This document shows, piece by piece, positions 45,408-55,159 of a stretch of 64,000 bases of DNA. Source of the stretch: an uncultured cyanobacterium (GTDB lineage: Bacteria > Cyanobacteriota > Cyanobacteriia > Cyanobacteriales > Nostocaceae); NCBI GenBank assembly GCA_963740315.1, contig CAVUDP010000002.1:2624001-2688000 (forward strand), read 5' to 3'. A model generated the notes under the pieces. The model searched no databases. It worked only from the letters and a program-made list of their open reading frames with translations, and was not told the DNA's origin. The translations under genes were made by a program, and so were the position numbers. How positions within the stretch are numbered: position 1 is the first letter of the stretch; the number at the start of each line of letters is the position of its first letter.

Positions 45408-46280
45408 ATGCAACCTAGAAAAAAAACTCTCAAAAAAGTAAATAACGATAATAATCTAGATAATTCGCAGCCAGTAGAAAAAGTTGAAGCGATTCTGCAA
45501 GGTGCGATGCAAGAATTTTTGAAACACGGCTTTGCTGCAACCACGATGGACAAAGTGACGGCAGCCGCAGGAGTTTCAAAAACCACTGTTTACAGCTATT
45601 TTCAGGATAAAGAAAAATTATTTGTTGCTTTAATTGAGCGTTTAATTACAACTTATGGGGGTGTTTTAAATAAACCAAACCCAGAAATGCTTCAAGGGAA
45701 ACCAGCGGAAGTTTTAACAAATTTTGCTAATAATCTATTAAATCAATTTAGTAAAAATATTAGCGATGCACCAGAATTTTTAGATTTAATCCGCTTGATG
45801 ATTGCTGAATCTGGAAGATTTCCCATGTTAGCGCAATACATGGTTCGCTGCATAGATAAAAATGTTGTTCAAACGGTGACTCAATATGTAAGTTCTCATC
45901 CCGAATTACAAATTCCCGATCCAGAAGCAACAACACGGGTATTCTTAGGTGCTTTGGTTCATTACACGATGATTGAGTATATGCTTCAGGCTGGGGAAAT
46001 TATGCCAATGGAGCGGGAAAGATTGGTTGATTGTTTGGTGAATTTGATTATTCCAAATCTTGACAATGGGGATAAATATGCCGGAATTAGAGAAAAAACC
46101 CCACGACGCAAGCGTTTTAGCTCCGGTAAATTCGAGCAAGATTATCAAGAGCCGAAGCAAGTGCGATCGCTACGACTCACCGATACAGCTTGGGAAAATT
46201 TAGATGCGATCGCTCAAAAAAATAATTTGACTCGCAGCGAGTTTATTGAGCTTTTAGCTAGGGGGAAGAAGTTTGAGTAA
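45408..46280 (+). CDS. TetR/AcrR regulator with extra C-terminal ribbon-helix-helix-like domain
   Basis: ILQGAMQEFLKHGFAATTMDKVTAAAGVSKTTVYSYF; C-terminal VRSLRLTDTAWENLDAIAQKNNLTRSEFIELLAR. Confidence 0.88.
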   Translation: MQPRKKTLKKVNNDNNLDNSQPVEKVEAILQGAMQEFLKHGFAATTMDKVTAAAGVSKTTVYSYFQDKEKLFVALIERLITTYGGVLNKPNPEMLQGKPAEVLTNFANNLLNQFSKNISDAPEFLDLIRLMIAESGRFPMLAQYMVRCIDKNVVQTVTQYVSSHPELQIPDPEATTRVFLGALVHYTMIEYMLQAGEIMPMERERLVDCLVNLIIPNLDNGDKYAGIREKTPRRKRFSSGKFEQDYQEPKQVRSLRLTDTAWENLDAIAQKNNLTRSEFIELLARGKKFE

Positions 46281-46283
46281 TTA

Positions 46284-47105
46284 TCATGCTTGGGAATAAA
46301 GCTTTTGTAACTTAACTTTATCTATATTTGCTTTCGGTGTGTAAGCAGTAAGCCGCAGGTTAGCTGCTGGATAAACTTGAAAAGTAACAGAATCTAACAC
46401 CAATTTTCCCACAATAGGATGATTTAATTCTTGTACTTCATGAGGGCGAGCAACATCATGGCTTTTCCACCATTTGCGAAACTGGGGACTAATTTGAAGT
46501 GCTACAGCTAATTCCGTCCAACTTTGCTCGTTAGTATTTTGAGCGTAATCGGCTCGAAAGTGAACCAGTAAGCAATGGGCAAATTCTTCCCAGTTGATAA
46601 AAAGCTCCTTCATTGCTGAGTTCGTAAATGTCAACCACATTAAATTGCGTTCTGATAATGGAAATACGCTAAAATCTCCAAAAACCTTTACAGCAGCTTG
46701 ATTCCATGCCACTAAATTCCAACACAAATCCACAAGATAAGCAGGGTTAGGTTCCATACTTTCTAACACCTGTCGGATTGATTCCGTAACTTGCTTTTCA
46801 GCTAAAGGTGAAGGAGGTGGAGAAGCTCCGGCTAAAAAAAATAAATGCTCTTGCTCGTGACGATTTAATTGAAGTGCTTGAGTAATTCGTAAAAGAGTTT
46901 CGGGAGATACTTTAACCAATCTTGCTTGTTCTAACCATGTGTACCAAGTAACGCTGATTTCAGCTAGCTCGGCTACTTCTTCTCGTCGCAAACCAGTAAC
47001 TCGACGGCGCAATCCTGGTGGTAAACCAACTTGAGCGGGTGAAAGTTTAGCTCTGCGGGTACGAAGAAAATCAGCTAGCTCTTTTAGTCGCTCTTGCTCG
47101 TTCAT
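46284..47105 (-). CDS. XRE-family regulator with MmyB-like ligand-binding domain
   Basis: LADFLRTRRAKLSP..VGLP...RRRVTGLRREEVAELAEISVTWYTWLEQ. Confidence 0.92.
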   Translation of the reverse strand: MNEQERLKELADFLRTRRAKLSPAQVGLPPGLRRRVTGLRREEVAELAEISVTWYTWLEQARLVKVSPETLLRITQALQLNRHEQEHLFFLAGASPPPSPLAEKQVTESIRQVLESMEPNPAYLVDLCWNLVAWNQAAVKVFGDFSVFPLSERNLMWLTFTNSAMKELFINWEEFAHCLLVHFRADYAQNTNEQSWTELAVALQISPQFRKWWKSHDVARPHEVQELNHPIVGKLVLDSVTFQVYPAANLRLTAYTPKANIDKVKLQKLYSQA

Positions 47106-47181
47106 TGCATTAAACTATTAGTCGCTATACCAGTATAAGTAAACTCTGGTACTAAGATTGGCTTTTTGTCAAACTAACTAA

Positions 47182-47356
47182 TAAGTAGGTAAGCATAATT
47201 AAATATGTCATTGCGAGGAGGTACGACGAAGCAATCCCAGTCACTGCGGTTGCTTCGTTCCATTCCCGTATAGGGAACACTAAGCCCTTCGGGCATACTT
47301 CGTGAACGTGAATGCAATGACTGAGCGTGTGATATTTTTTTGTCCTAACCTACTTA
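47182..47356. mobile_element. MITE-like element carrying an internal GTCATTGC...GCAATGAC palindromic repeat
   Basis: Terminal inverted TAAGTAGGT...ACCTACTTA around a second inverted pair at ~47207-47321. Confidence 0.55.
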
Positions 47357-47385
47357 GTAAAAAATTAGGTTTACGAGTATTAGTC

Positions 47386-48300
47386 ATGAAGATTTTTCTA
47401 ACTGGTGCGACTGGATATATCGGTGGTTCTGTTGCAGTCAAATTAATCGATGCAGGTCATCAAGTTTTGGGACTTACACGCTCAAAAGAAAAAGCAACAC
47501 ATCTGGAAAAGATGGGCATCGAACCTGTTATTGGTAGCCTTACAGATAGTAAACTTCTAATTGAAACAACAGAAAAATCTGATGCTGTAATTAATGCTGC
47601 TGATTCCGATAATCCTTGGGTAGTAACAACAATTTTGCCACTGCTAGCTGGTACTAATAAACTGTTTATTCAAACCAGCGGTTCTAGTCTTGTCGGAGAT
47701 AAAGCAACTGGCAACAAGAGCGAATTAGTCTTTAACGAAGATACGCCGTTTGAGCCAGAAATAGAAAAAGTAGCACGTATTGCTATTGATAAAAGAGTTT
47801 TAAGTGCTGCTCAACAAAACGTACATTCTGTAGTATTATGTCACAGCTTAATTTACGGTCAAGGTCATGGAATTCATGCAGAAAGTATTCAAATTCCTGG
47901 ATTAATTAAATTAGCTCAAAAAACTGGTAAAGCTAGTTATATTGGCAAAGGTGAAAATATTTGGTCGCACGTTCATATTGATGATGTCGCGGAGCTATAT
48001 TTGCTAGCAATAGAAAATGCTCCTGCTGGTTCGTTTTTCTATGTAGAAAACGGTGAAGCATCAATGAAAACAGTTGTGGAAGCGATTAGCCGAATGTTAG
48101 GTATGGAAGGACAAACTGGCAGCATAACAATTGATGAAGCGATTCAAGAATGGAGTTGCGAAGCCGCTCACTTTGCATTTGGTTCCAATAGCCGAGTCAC
48201 AGCAACTAAAGCTCGCAAGCTGTTGGGATGGAATCCGACAGGGCGTGGATTATTGGAAGAAATTGAACAGGGTTACTATCGTTTAGAGCAGGCAGTTTAG
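47386..48300 (+). CDS. NAD-dependent epimerase/dehydratase (atypical SDR)
   Basis: MKIFLTGATGYIGGSV Rossmann motif, WSHVHIDDVAELY; start reassigned to ATG 47386. Confidence 0.9.
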   Translation: MKIFLTGATGYIGGSVAVKLIDAGHQVLGLTRSKEKATHLEKMGIEPVIGSLTDSKLLIETTEKSDAVINAADSDNPWVVTTILPLLAGTNKLFIQTSGSSLVGDKATGNKSELVFNEDTPFEPEIEKVARIAIDKRVLSAAQQNVHSVVLCHSLIYGQGHGIHAESIQIPGLIKLAQKTGKASYIGKGENIWSHVHIDDVAELYLLAIENAPAGSFFYVENGEASMKTVVEAISRMLGMEGQTGSITIDEAIQEWSCEAAHFAFGSNSRVTATKARKLLGWNPTGRGLLEEIEQGYYRLEQAV

Positions 48301-48324
48301 TTTACTGAAAATTACCACTGGAAA

Positions 48325-48441
48325 TTAAGAAACCGCCGGAGGAAGCAAAAGCTGCTTCCGCTTCCTCGTATTCTTCCTCCGCCCTTCACCAATAAATAAG
48401 CAGCAGGGGTAAAATAAAGCGCTAGTAGCGGAGAACCACCA
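48325..48441 (-). repeat. diverged orphan copy of the 3' end of the RND permease gene (direct repeat of 56952-57072)
   Basis: Encodes GGSPLLALYFTPAAYLLVK, then a 1-nt shift, then RRKNTRKRKQLLLPPAVS*. Confidence 0.92.
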
Positions 48442-48544
48442 GTATCAATTATTGTCTAACGGTAAAAAGTTTCTCAGTCAAGGATTAGCGATGTAAAGAC
48501 TGCCATTACACTGATTTAATTACTTAATATTTAAGTTCATACCT

Positions 48545-51500
48545 TCAAGTTTCATCTTCTTCTTCTTCCAAATGAAAAGCACTAATATAATCTCGTACCA
48601 CTCGTTCAAAGAATAGAGGAGCGGGTAATCTTGTCCACTCATTAAAATGACCATATCCGTAGCGAAGAGATTCGACAAAACCAGCAATATTATCTGGGTT
48701 GTCTTGTTCTTGACGTAATGTAACTACAATTTCCAAAGGATTTGGTGTAGCCCATTGTCCAGTATATGGTTTTTGTTGGTCTATAAATTTCATTTTAAGA
48801 CCTGCTTGATTTTCAACTCTTTCGTAAGTTTTTTCACCATCTTCATTTATTTTCTCAATCGTAGAAAATCTATCTTGCTCTACTTGACGATAACAACTTA
48901 CACCTCTTTGATTTTGGTGTAAAGTATTTTTGCCAACAGAAATATAATTCATACAGCCAGTTTCATTCTCTAAATTCAACTTATATAAACATTTTGAATC
49001 AGATGGAACTGATAATTTTATTCGTTCATTTTCATTTGCTTCTAATTCTTCTTTAGTTCTAGTATCTTCGGGAAATGTTTTGGCTAAAATTTTAACTTTA
49101 TCTTCAATCATTCCCGGTGCTAAATCTTGTCTTACACGAACAATTATTGCTCCTTTCCAATTATCTTGCATATATTGTTTATTATTAATATCTATATTTG
49201 AAAGATTCATTTTGCGGTCGCTTAACCAATCCCAAAGCTTTACACAATTTGAAGAATCAATCATTACGAAAGGGTTTTTACTATCATTCACTGAATCAGA
49301 AATTATTTGATCGACAAATTCTTGAAAGCGTTGTTTTCGCTCTGTTTCTGTCTTTCCTAGAGAAATAGGAGAAATAGCTGCTACATCAAACAGTGCTTCG
49401 GTAAAAGGTTCCCAATCGGTTATAGTGAATTGTTTAGTTTCTGGGTCTTCATAACAAAAGCACATTTCACTAAGTCCAGTTTCAACATTAGTTCTAATAG
49501 CTTTTGGTAGAAAAGTTCCATCAAGTTTACCTTGAAATCGACCAGCATTTTTACGAACAATGGTGATATCAATTATTTCTTTGGGTCTGTCTTCGGATTT
49601 AATTTCACTAAACCATTTATCGACTTTTTCTTTCACGTTATCTATACGACCAGAATGTGCCCAAAGCAATTCTTTAATTGATGATTGAGCAGGAAATATA
49701 AAATCCGAAATATTGATATCACCTGTTTGCTGCCAAGTTTGAGGAGGAACAATAAACTGTACGCAGCTACGACCAATTGATGCTAATGCTTGACGAGTTG
49801 CTGGTTTATTTACTAGGTCGTCATGAACTGGTTTTTTGCTATTGTTAGGGTTTGGATAAAATTCACTTGCCAAGATTAAACTGAATTTTGGACGTTTGAT
49901 TTTTGCTATTTGTCTAGCTATAGGTGTCCAAGCTTTTATTCGTTTTTGGAATCTTTCTTTATTTTTTAAATTACTTCCAGGTAAAGTATTTTTTCCTCCA
50001 TGAGTATTATCTGGAAGTCGCTGTAGCTGTATTTCTAATGTATCTCCCCATAATATCTGAATAATTGTTTGTAAAAGCTTTACTACATTACTATTGCTAT
50101 TTTCATGGAAGATAATTAATAATGGCTTTTCATTTGGATATAATCGGTTAGTTGCTTCTTTATTCAGTTGAATTAGTTTTTCAAGTTCTTGAGATTGATC
50201 TGGATTTTGTTTGTTAAATCTAAATAGCTGAATTCCCTTTTCGCTCAATGTAAAACTAAAATGCTTGCTCAACAAATCATTAATTTGTTTATCTGTATTT
50301 TCTTTTAGATATTTGGGTGTAAAATGACAAAAATTATTATTTTCTAAACATTCTAAAACAGCATTGAGCAAAGTAGGCTTATTTATTTGTTTAGAAGCAG
50401 CATCAATATTCTTTTTCTCCTCAGTTGAATGGGTTATATTAACCTTAGAAAAATCTTTAAAGGGTACTATCCCTTTAGTTGCAAAAATCTTACCTATCGC
50501 TTTAATAGCTTCTAACTTATCTTTTTCGGGAACACCTGCATCAATACCATGTTTTTTCTGTTGAAGACCATTACGATAAGTTAATAAGACTTGACAATCA
50601 TCAGTTGAAGCTTCTCCTTTGAGAATCTGGTCAGCATTAGATATATTTAACGGTAAATTTAATTCACGCTGTAAAACCGAAAAAGCATCATCTGGTTGCC
50701 ATTCATATTCACTGGTGTCTTTATTTTTACGACGGTTGAGTTTAAAATGAAAAACGCGATCGCCATGATTTTTGGAGAAAACTACACCACTGATAGATTT
50801 ATTGTCAAAGGCTTTTTCTTTGATGTCATTTAACCAACGTCTTTTAGAAACATCTATCTTTATTAATGGTTGAGATAATGAGGGGAAAGTAACAAGTTCT
50901 AACTTGATAACTAAACTAAATAATCCTTTATTATCTATAGAAATTCGATTAGTGATTAATTCAACAGGATTTGTTTGTCCGCTAGAAATAATCCGTTTAA
51001 TTCCTCCTAATCCTTGAAAAATTTCGTGTCCTGCAATTAATCTAGTTAAGTAATTTGCTAATGCAGGAAATGAATAGTCATCTGGTTTTGCAGTTCCGCT
51101 ATTTTCATGTTGCGACCAAGGAAGTATTTTAGATTGAAATGGATTTACAGATAAAAGTTTATCTTCTTCTTGTAAATCTCTGAGCGGTTCTATTAAATCT
51201 TCTGAAACACCTTCTTTATTTGCAAAACTAACAAAGTTCTTTTGTAACCAATCATTGAGAATAGGTTTTAAATCTTTGGTAATTTTATCTTTATTTCCAC
51301 CTTCAATACAGGCAAACTTTTGCTGTTTTTGCTGATTTATTGCATATTTACTAAGACCCATATCGGGTTGTACTGTACATACCTTAGATAATTTAAATTC
51401 TAAATAACTTCTTAAAGAAGCATAAGGTATATTTTTTATGTTGTTTAAATCTTTATTAATTAAATTAAATTGAGCTAATGCTTCTTTACTCCAACAAATT

Positions 51501-51655
51501 GTAAAACCATTCACTTCAACAGGTGGTAGATTATCAGGAATTTTAAAGGCTTGCGTGATTGTTTCTAAAGTTTTAGCATTACCCAATTGAGCATAGAGAA
51601 TTTTATTATCTTGATTTACGTTCATCTCGGAATTATTTTGATTATTCTTAGTCAT
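48545..51655 (-). CDS. pPIWI-RE protein (PIWI_RE_X + MID + RNase H/PIWI module)
   Basis: FSLVIKLELVTFP..SQPLIKIDVSKRRW (X domain), KPATRQALASIGRSCVQFI (MID), C-terminal NPLEI...LRYGYGHFNEWTRLPAPLFF; third gene after REase and helicase. Confidence 0.85.
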   Translation of the reverse strand: MTKNNQNNSEMNVNQDNKILYAQLGNAKTLETITQAFKIPDNLPPVEVNGFTICWSKEALAQFNLINKDLNNIKNIPYASLRSYLEFKLSKVCTVQPDMGLSKYAINQQKQQKFACIEGGNKDKITKDLKPILNDWLQKNFVSFANKEGVSEDLIEPLRDLQEEDKLLSVNPFQSKILPWSQHENSGTAKPDDYSFPALANYLTRLIAGHEIFQGLGGIKRIISSGQTNPVELITNRISIDNKGLFSLVIKLELVTFPSLSQPLIKIDVSKRRWLNDIKEKAFDNKSISGVVFSKNHGDRVFHFKLNRRKNKDTSEYEWQPDDAFSVLQRELNLPLNISNADQILKGEASTDDCQVLLTYRNGLQQKKHGIDAGVPEKDKLEAIKAIGKIFATKGIVPFKDFSKVNITHSTEEKKNIDAASKQINKPTLLNAVLECLENNNFCHFTPKYLKENTDKQINDLLSKHFSFTLSEKGIQLFRFNKQNPDQSQELEKLIQLNKEATNRLYPNEKPLLIIFHENSNSNVVKLLQTIIQILWGDTLEIQLQRLPDNTHGGKNTLPGSNLKNKERFQKRIKAWTPIARQIAKIKRPKFSLILASEFYPNPNNSKKPVHDDLVNKPATRQALASIGRSCVQFIVPPQTWQQTGDINISDFIFPAQSSIKELLWAHSGRIDNVKEKVDKWFSEIKSEDRPKEIIDITIVRKNAGRFQGKLDGTFLPKAIRTNVETGLSEMCFCYEDPETKQFTITDWEPFTEALFDVAAISPISLGKTETERKQRFQEFVDQIISDSVNDSKNPFVMIDSSNCVKLWDWLSDRKMNLSNIDINNKQYMQDNWKGAIIVRVRQDLAPGMIEDKVKILAKTFPEDTRTKEELEANENERIKLSVPSDSKCLYKLNLENETGCMNYISVGKNTLHQNQRGVSCYRQVEQDRFSTIEKINEDGEKTYERVENQAGLKMKFIDQQKPYTGQWATPNPLEIVVTLRQEQDNPDNIAGFVESLRYGYGHFNEWTRLPAPLFFERVVRDYISAFHLEEEEDET

Positions 51656-51721
51656 GGTGAAATTCCCCTAATAATGTTGTTAATTTGTTATTTCTGTAGA
51701 GATATTTATTGCAGTTATTGT

Positions 51722-54700
51722 CTACATATCGTATAAATCATCATAATCTTCAAAACCGTCTTCTTCGTATACTGAATCTTCTGACTTAAACAAATTAGTT
51801 GGGTAATTTAATTTATCAATTCGTCTTAAAGGTTCGAGAAAAGCATCATAAAGTTCTCCGTAGATTTCTCGAATCAAAGAATCGGGATGTGTCATACATT
51901 CTTCGAGAATTACTCGCATTTGAACTAGCATACTATCACGAGGAGAGTCTGTTTTATCTTTTGCCGATTGTGGTGCCCAAGCTGCATCAATAAAGTACAC
52001 TTTTACAGGACAACCATTTCGCATTCCTCGTCCAATTGTTTGTAAAATAGCTACCATCTGATTGGCTGTGAACGGTGTAAATAGCTCTTCACCTAATCGA
52101 CTAGCCATTAATGGTTCTTGTAACAATCGTCTAGCTTCACGGTAAATATCTGACCTAGCACTATTCCAAGCTTGATAAATGTCTGTTAATCCTTGTTCTG
52201 GGGAAAATACATGACTATCAAATCTTTGAGTTGCACGACCGGCTAAACTAGATAAAAGTTGTGTGTCGTCGGTAGTAGGGTGAGGACGAGTCAGGAAATA
52301 AATTGAACCAATTGCAGCATCTCTTTCTCGTTCACCTTTGGTAAAAACGATATTAACTCCACGACCAATTGCTAGCATTGGAAAGATTATTAAGTCACAA
52401 GTGTCGTCATCTCCTAAAGATTCGCATTGAGAAGTAGTAACATAATTTTCAGGTTTTTCTCCTTCTTTGAGGTAACGTACAACAGCTTTGGTACGTTTAC
52501 CAATTTCTGGATAATAACGGTTTAAAAATTGTTTAATTTCTCTTACTTGTGGATAGCTATTAACTACAAAAGCAGCTTTGCGGTGAATACCGTATTCTAC
52601 GTTAAAATTCCTAATTGATTTATTAACTTCTGAATTTTCACCATTTTCAACTAATTGTCTAACCATTTCTAATAGATTGCGTTCTCTTAATTGTCCTGCT
52701 CCGCTATAGCGTAATGGTTCGTTATTTCTTTCTTTGTCGCAGAAATATTGAAAATAATATTGACTTACATTTGATGAATTAGATTTATCTTCTTTCCCCT
52801 TTGGTTTTAAAAGATAGTTAGGATAAACATCAACATGATAAGCGGGACTTGCTTCTAAATAAGAAGTTGCAGAAGTCATTAATATTGCTGGTGATTTTTC
52901 TCTATTGTCTGCTTCTAATAAGCGGTTAAATCGATGCATTAACATTCGAGGGGTACCGATGAAAGTGACATATGAAATTTCAACGTTACTAGAGTTATTG
53001 CGATTTGTTTGAGCATTTTTTAAGTTATATTTAACTCCAGAAAGTAAACCGATAAGATTTTCGGGAGTAAAACGTCGTAATTGTGCTGAAAGAGGAGGGT
53101 TTAATATTGGTTCTTTAATTAAACCTTCTGCCACCATTGTTCTTGTTTCAGAAACCGTGCGTTGATAACCCAGAATAACGAAGGTAATAGCTATTAATAA
53201 AGGAATTACTTCATTTGTTAAATGTGGTGATTCTTCATCAGCAAAACAAATTTTAATAAATAGTGATACTATTCCTTCAACAATTTCGTCTCGCTTTTTA
53301 ATTAAATTTTCTGCTAAATAACGACGTAGAAGGCTTGTTAGTTTTTCCCAATCATCTGTCAGCTTCTTTTTACTAATCCCCAAGGTACGAGAACATAAAT
53401 CCTGCTTGAAATTTTTTAAAGCTGTTTCTGCACCAGTTCGGTCATAAAATGCATTGTAAGCAGCAGATGTCCAATATTCGGTCAAAGCATGATTTTTTGT
53501 AAAACCTTTTCTTATTTCTTCCGTGTCAGCAATGTCTCTTTGAGAATAAGATTTATTGTCGTCAAATCCTTCTAAAATTTCACCAATTATCCGCGATACT
53601 GTTAATAAACAACCTTCAAACCGTTTTTTTATTCGAGGATTAATATTCTGTAACAAGCTGACGAGACTCGTATTATGATTACCAAACTCAGCCATGTTAC
53701 GGCTATAAAGTTCGATGGTACGGTCTGCTAATCGATAGTTTTCTCTTCTTGATAAAGGATTATGGACTTGCTCTAAAATAGTTCTGTGAATAGAGTCATC
53801 TGCACCAGAAAGATTTAATTTTGCGACTCCGTAAGCATCTAGATTCGACTGAACCATATCTGCTTCATCAAAGATAACTAAGTCGAAATTTCTCGCAATC
53901 AATTCAAAGTAGCGAATTTCTTCATCAATCGCTTGGTAAGGTACTGTCGTATCCATAGATATGATATGTCCGACCCAGACATCACCATCAATCAAGTCTC
54001 GTGGTGCTTTATTCCGTCCGCACATTGTCCATAAGGGACACAGATATTCTTTGGTTTTACCATCAAAGGAATTCTGTAAAATACTGCTACATGGAGCATT
54101 ACCAAAACCCCATAAAGAAGTTTCTGTAGTGGAAAAAGCAGGAAGCAAGCAATTACAAGCAAAATTATCTGCACCATCAAGGGTATAAGCAAAACCTCCT
54201 TGTCCTCCAGAAGCAGCGATGGTTTCTGCAATCCGGTCAGCATGAGTACGTCTGGTGGTAGGATTTTGACCGACTAACATTCCGACCTTGATTCCATGAA
54301 ATTTTAAATCAGCCATGTACTGTCTGGAAACTTCAATAGAAGGAAACACCAGCATAATTTTGTAGCCATTTCTTCCCAACCAAACCGCAATTAGCATCAA
54401 CATTGTGGTTTTTCCCGCACCAGGTAAACCGATTAAATGCTTGATTCCAAATAATTCAATAGTTAATGTTTCTTCTCGCAAACCTTGGTTTACTTCGGGT
54501 ACTAGCACCTCAAAATGTTCAAACCGTTGAGTCCAATTTCCAGGTCGTCTTTCAGGATGTTGCTTATCCCTTCTATCCATTTCTTCAGCTATTTGACGCA
54601 ATTCCTCAAGCGGAATAGAAATACTACCCCGTGGTTGTCTATTTAGATCGTGAGTTTTGCGAGTTGCTAAGGATAAATTAATGGGAGGAATTGGTAAACG

Positions 54701-55159
54701 AGTTATAGAGCTTCTGTCTCCTAAAGTAACAGCCATATCTTGTCGAGGATTAGCGACTTTTCTACCGTGGAATTTATAATCCATCGGTTCTGCTAAAATC
54801 TCTCGCGCTAGAGTAATATTAGGATCATCTAAAAAGTCGGTTCTTTGAAACTGTAACGTTTGACCGTCGATTTCATAAACTCCTTTAATTCCTTTACTCT
54901 TTAGCTGATAATAATGGTCGTTATAAAGTGCTACTGCGTATTCTAAAGAACTTTTAGTTACGTAAGCCAAAGACATCTGACGTGAATTAAAAATTGCTTG
55001 TCGTGCGGATTCTAATATTGATGCATTTAAAACGCTCGTCATTCCCGACATAATCGCGGGAGCATATTCTAGAGACTTAACTCCGATAAATTCTTCCATA
55101 AGAACGCATAACCAGCAAATACGGTCGTGTCCCAACCAAAAATTAGGTTTAATTCGCAT
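51722..55159 (-). CDS. pPIWI-RE-associated DinG-like SF2 helicase (with N-terminal Z-type region)
   Basis: GLPGAGKTT, Cys cluster (CNC..APC..CPLWTMC), FDEAD, TSATS, AIGRGVNI, QTIGRGMR. Confidence 0.88.
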   Translation of the reverse strand: MRIKPNFWLGHDRICWLCVLMEEFIGVKSLEYAPAIMSGMTSVLNASILESARQAIFNSRQMSLAYVTKSSLEYAVALYNDHYYQLKSKGIKGVYEIDGQTLQFQRTDFLDDPNITLAREILAEPMDYKFHGRKVANPRQDMAVTLGDRSSITRLPIPPINLSLATRKTHDLNRQPRGSISIPLEELRQIAEEMDRRDKQHPERRPGNWTQRFEHFEVLVPEVNQGLREETLTIELFGIKHLIGLPGAGKTTMLMLIAVWLGRNGYKIMLVFPSIEVSRQYMADLKFHGIKVGMLVGQNPTTRRTHADRIAETIAASGGQGGFAYTLDGADNFACNCLLPAFSTTETSLWGFGNAPCSSILQNSFDGKTKEYLCPLWTMCGRNKAPRDLIDGDVWVGHIISMDTTVPYQAIDEEIRYFELIARNFDLVIFDEADMVQSNLDAYGVAKLNLSGADDSIHRTILEQVHNPLSRRENYRLADRTIELYSRNMAEFGNHNTSLVSLLQNINPRIKKRFEGCLLTVSRIIGEILEGFDDNKSYSQRDIADTEEIRKGFTKNHALTEYWTSAAYNAFYDRTGAETALKNFKQDLCSRTLGISKKKLTDDWEKLTSLLRRYLAENLIKKRDEIVEGIVSLFIKICFADEESPHLTNEVIPLLIAITFVILGYQRTVSETRTMVAEGLIKEPILNPPLSAQLRRFTPENLIGLLSGVKYNLKNAQTNRNNSSNVEISYVTFIGTPRMLMHRFNRLLEADNREKSPAILMTSATSYLEASPAYHVDVYPNYLLKPKGKEDKSNSSNVSQYYFQYFCDKERNNEPLRYSGAGQLRERNLLEMVRQLVENGENSEVNKSIRNFNVEYGIHRKAAFVVNSYPQVREIKQFLNRYYPEIGKRTKAVVRYLKEGEKPENYVTTSQCESLGDDDTCDLIIFPMLAIGRGVNIVFTKGERERDAAIGSIYFLTRPHPTTDDTQLLSSLAGRATQRFDSHVFSPEQGLTDIYQAWNSARSDIYREARRLLQEPLMASRLGEELFTPFTANQMVAILQTIGRGMRNGCPVKVYFIDAAWAPQSAKDKTDSPRDSMLVQMRVILEECMTHPDSLIREIYGELYDAFLEPLRRIDKLNYPTNLFKSEDSVYEEDGFEDYDDLYDM

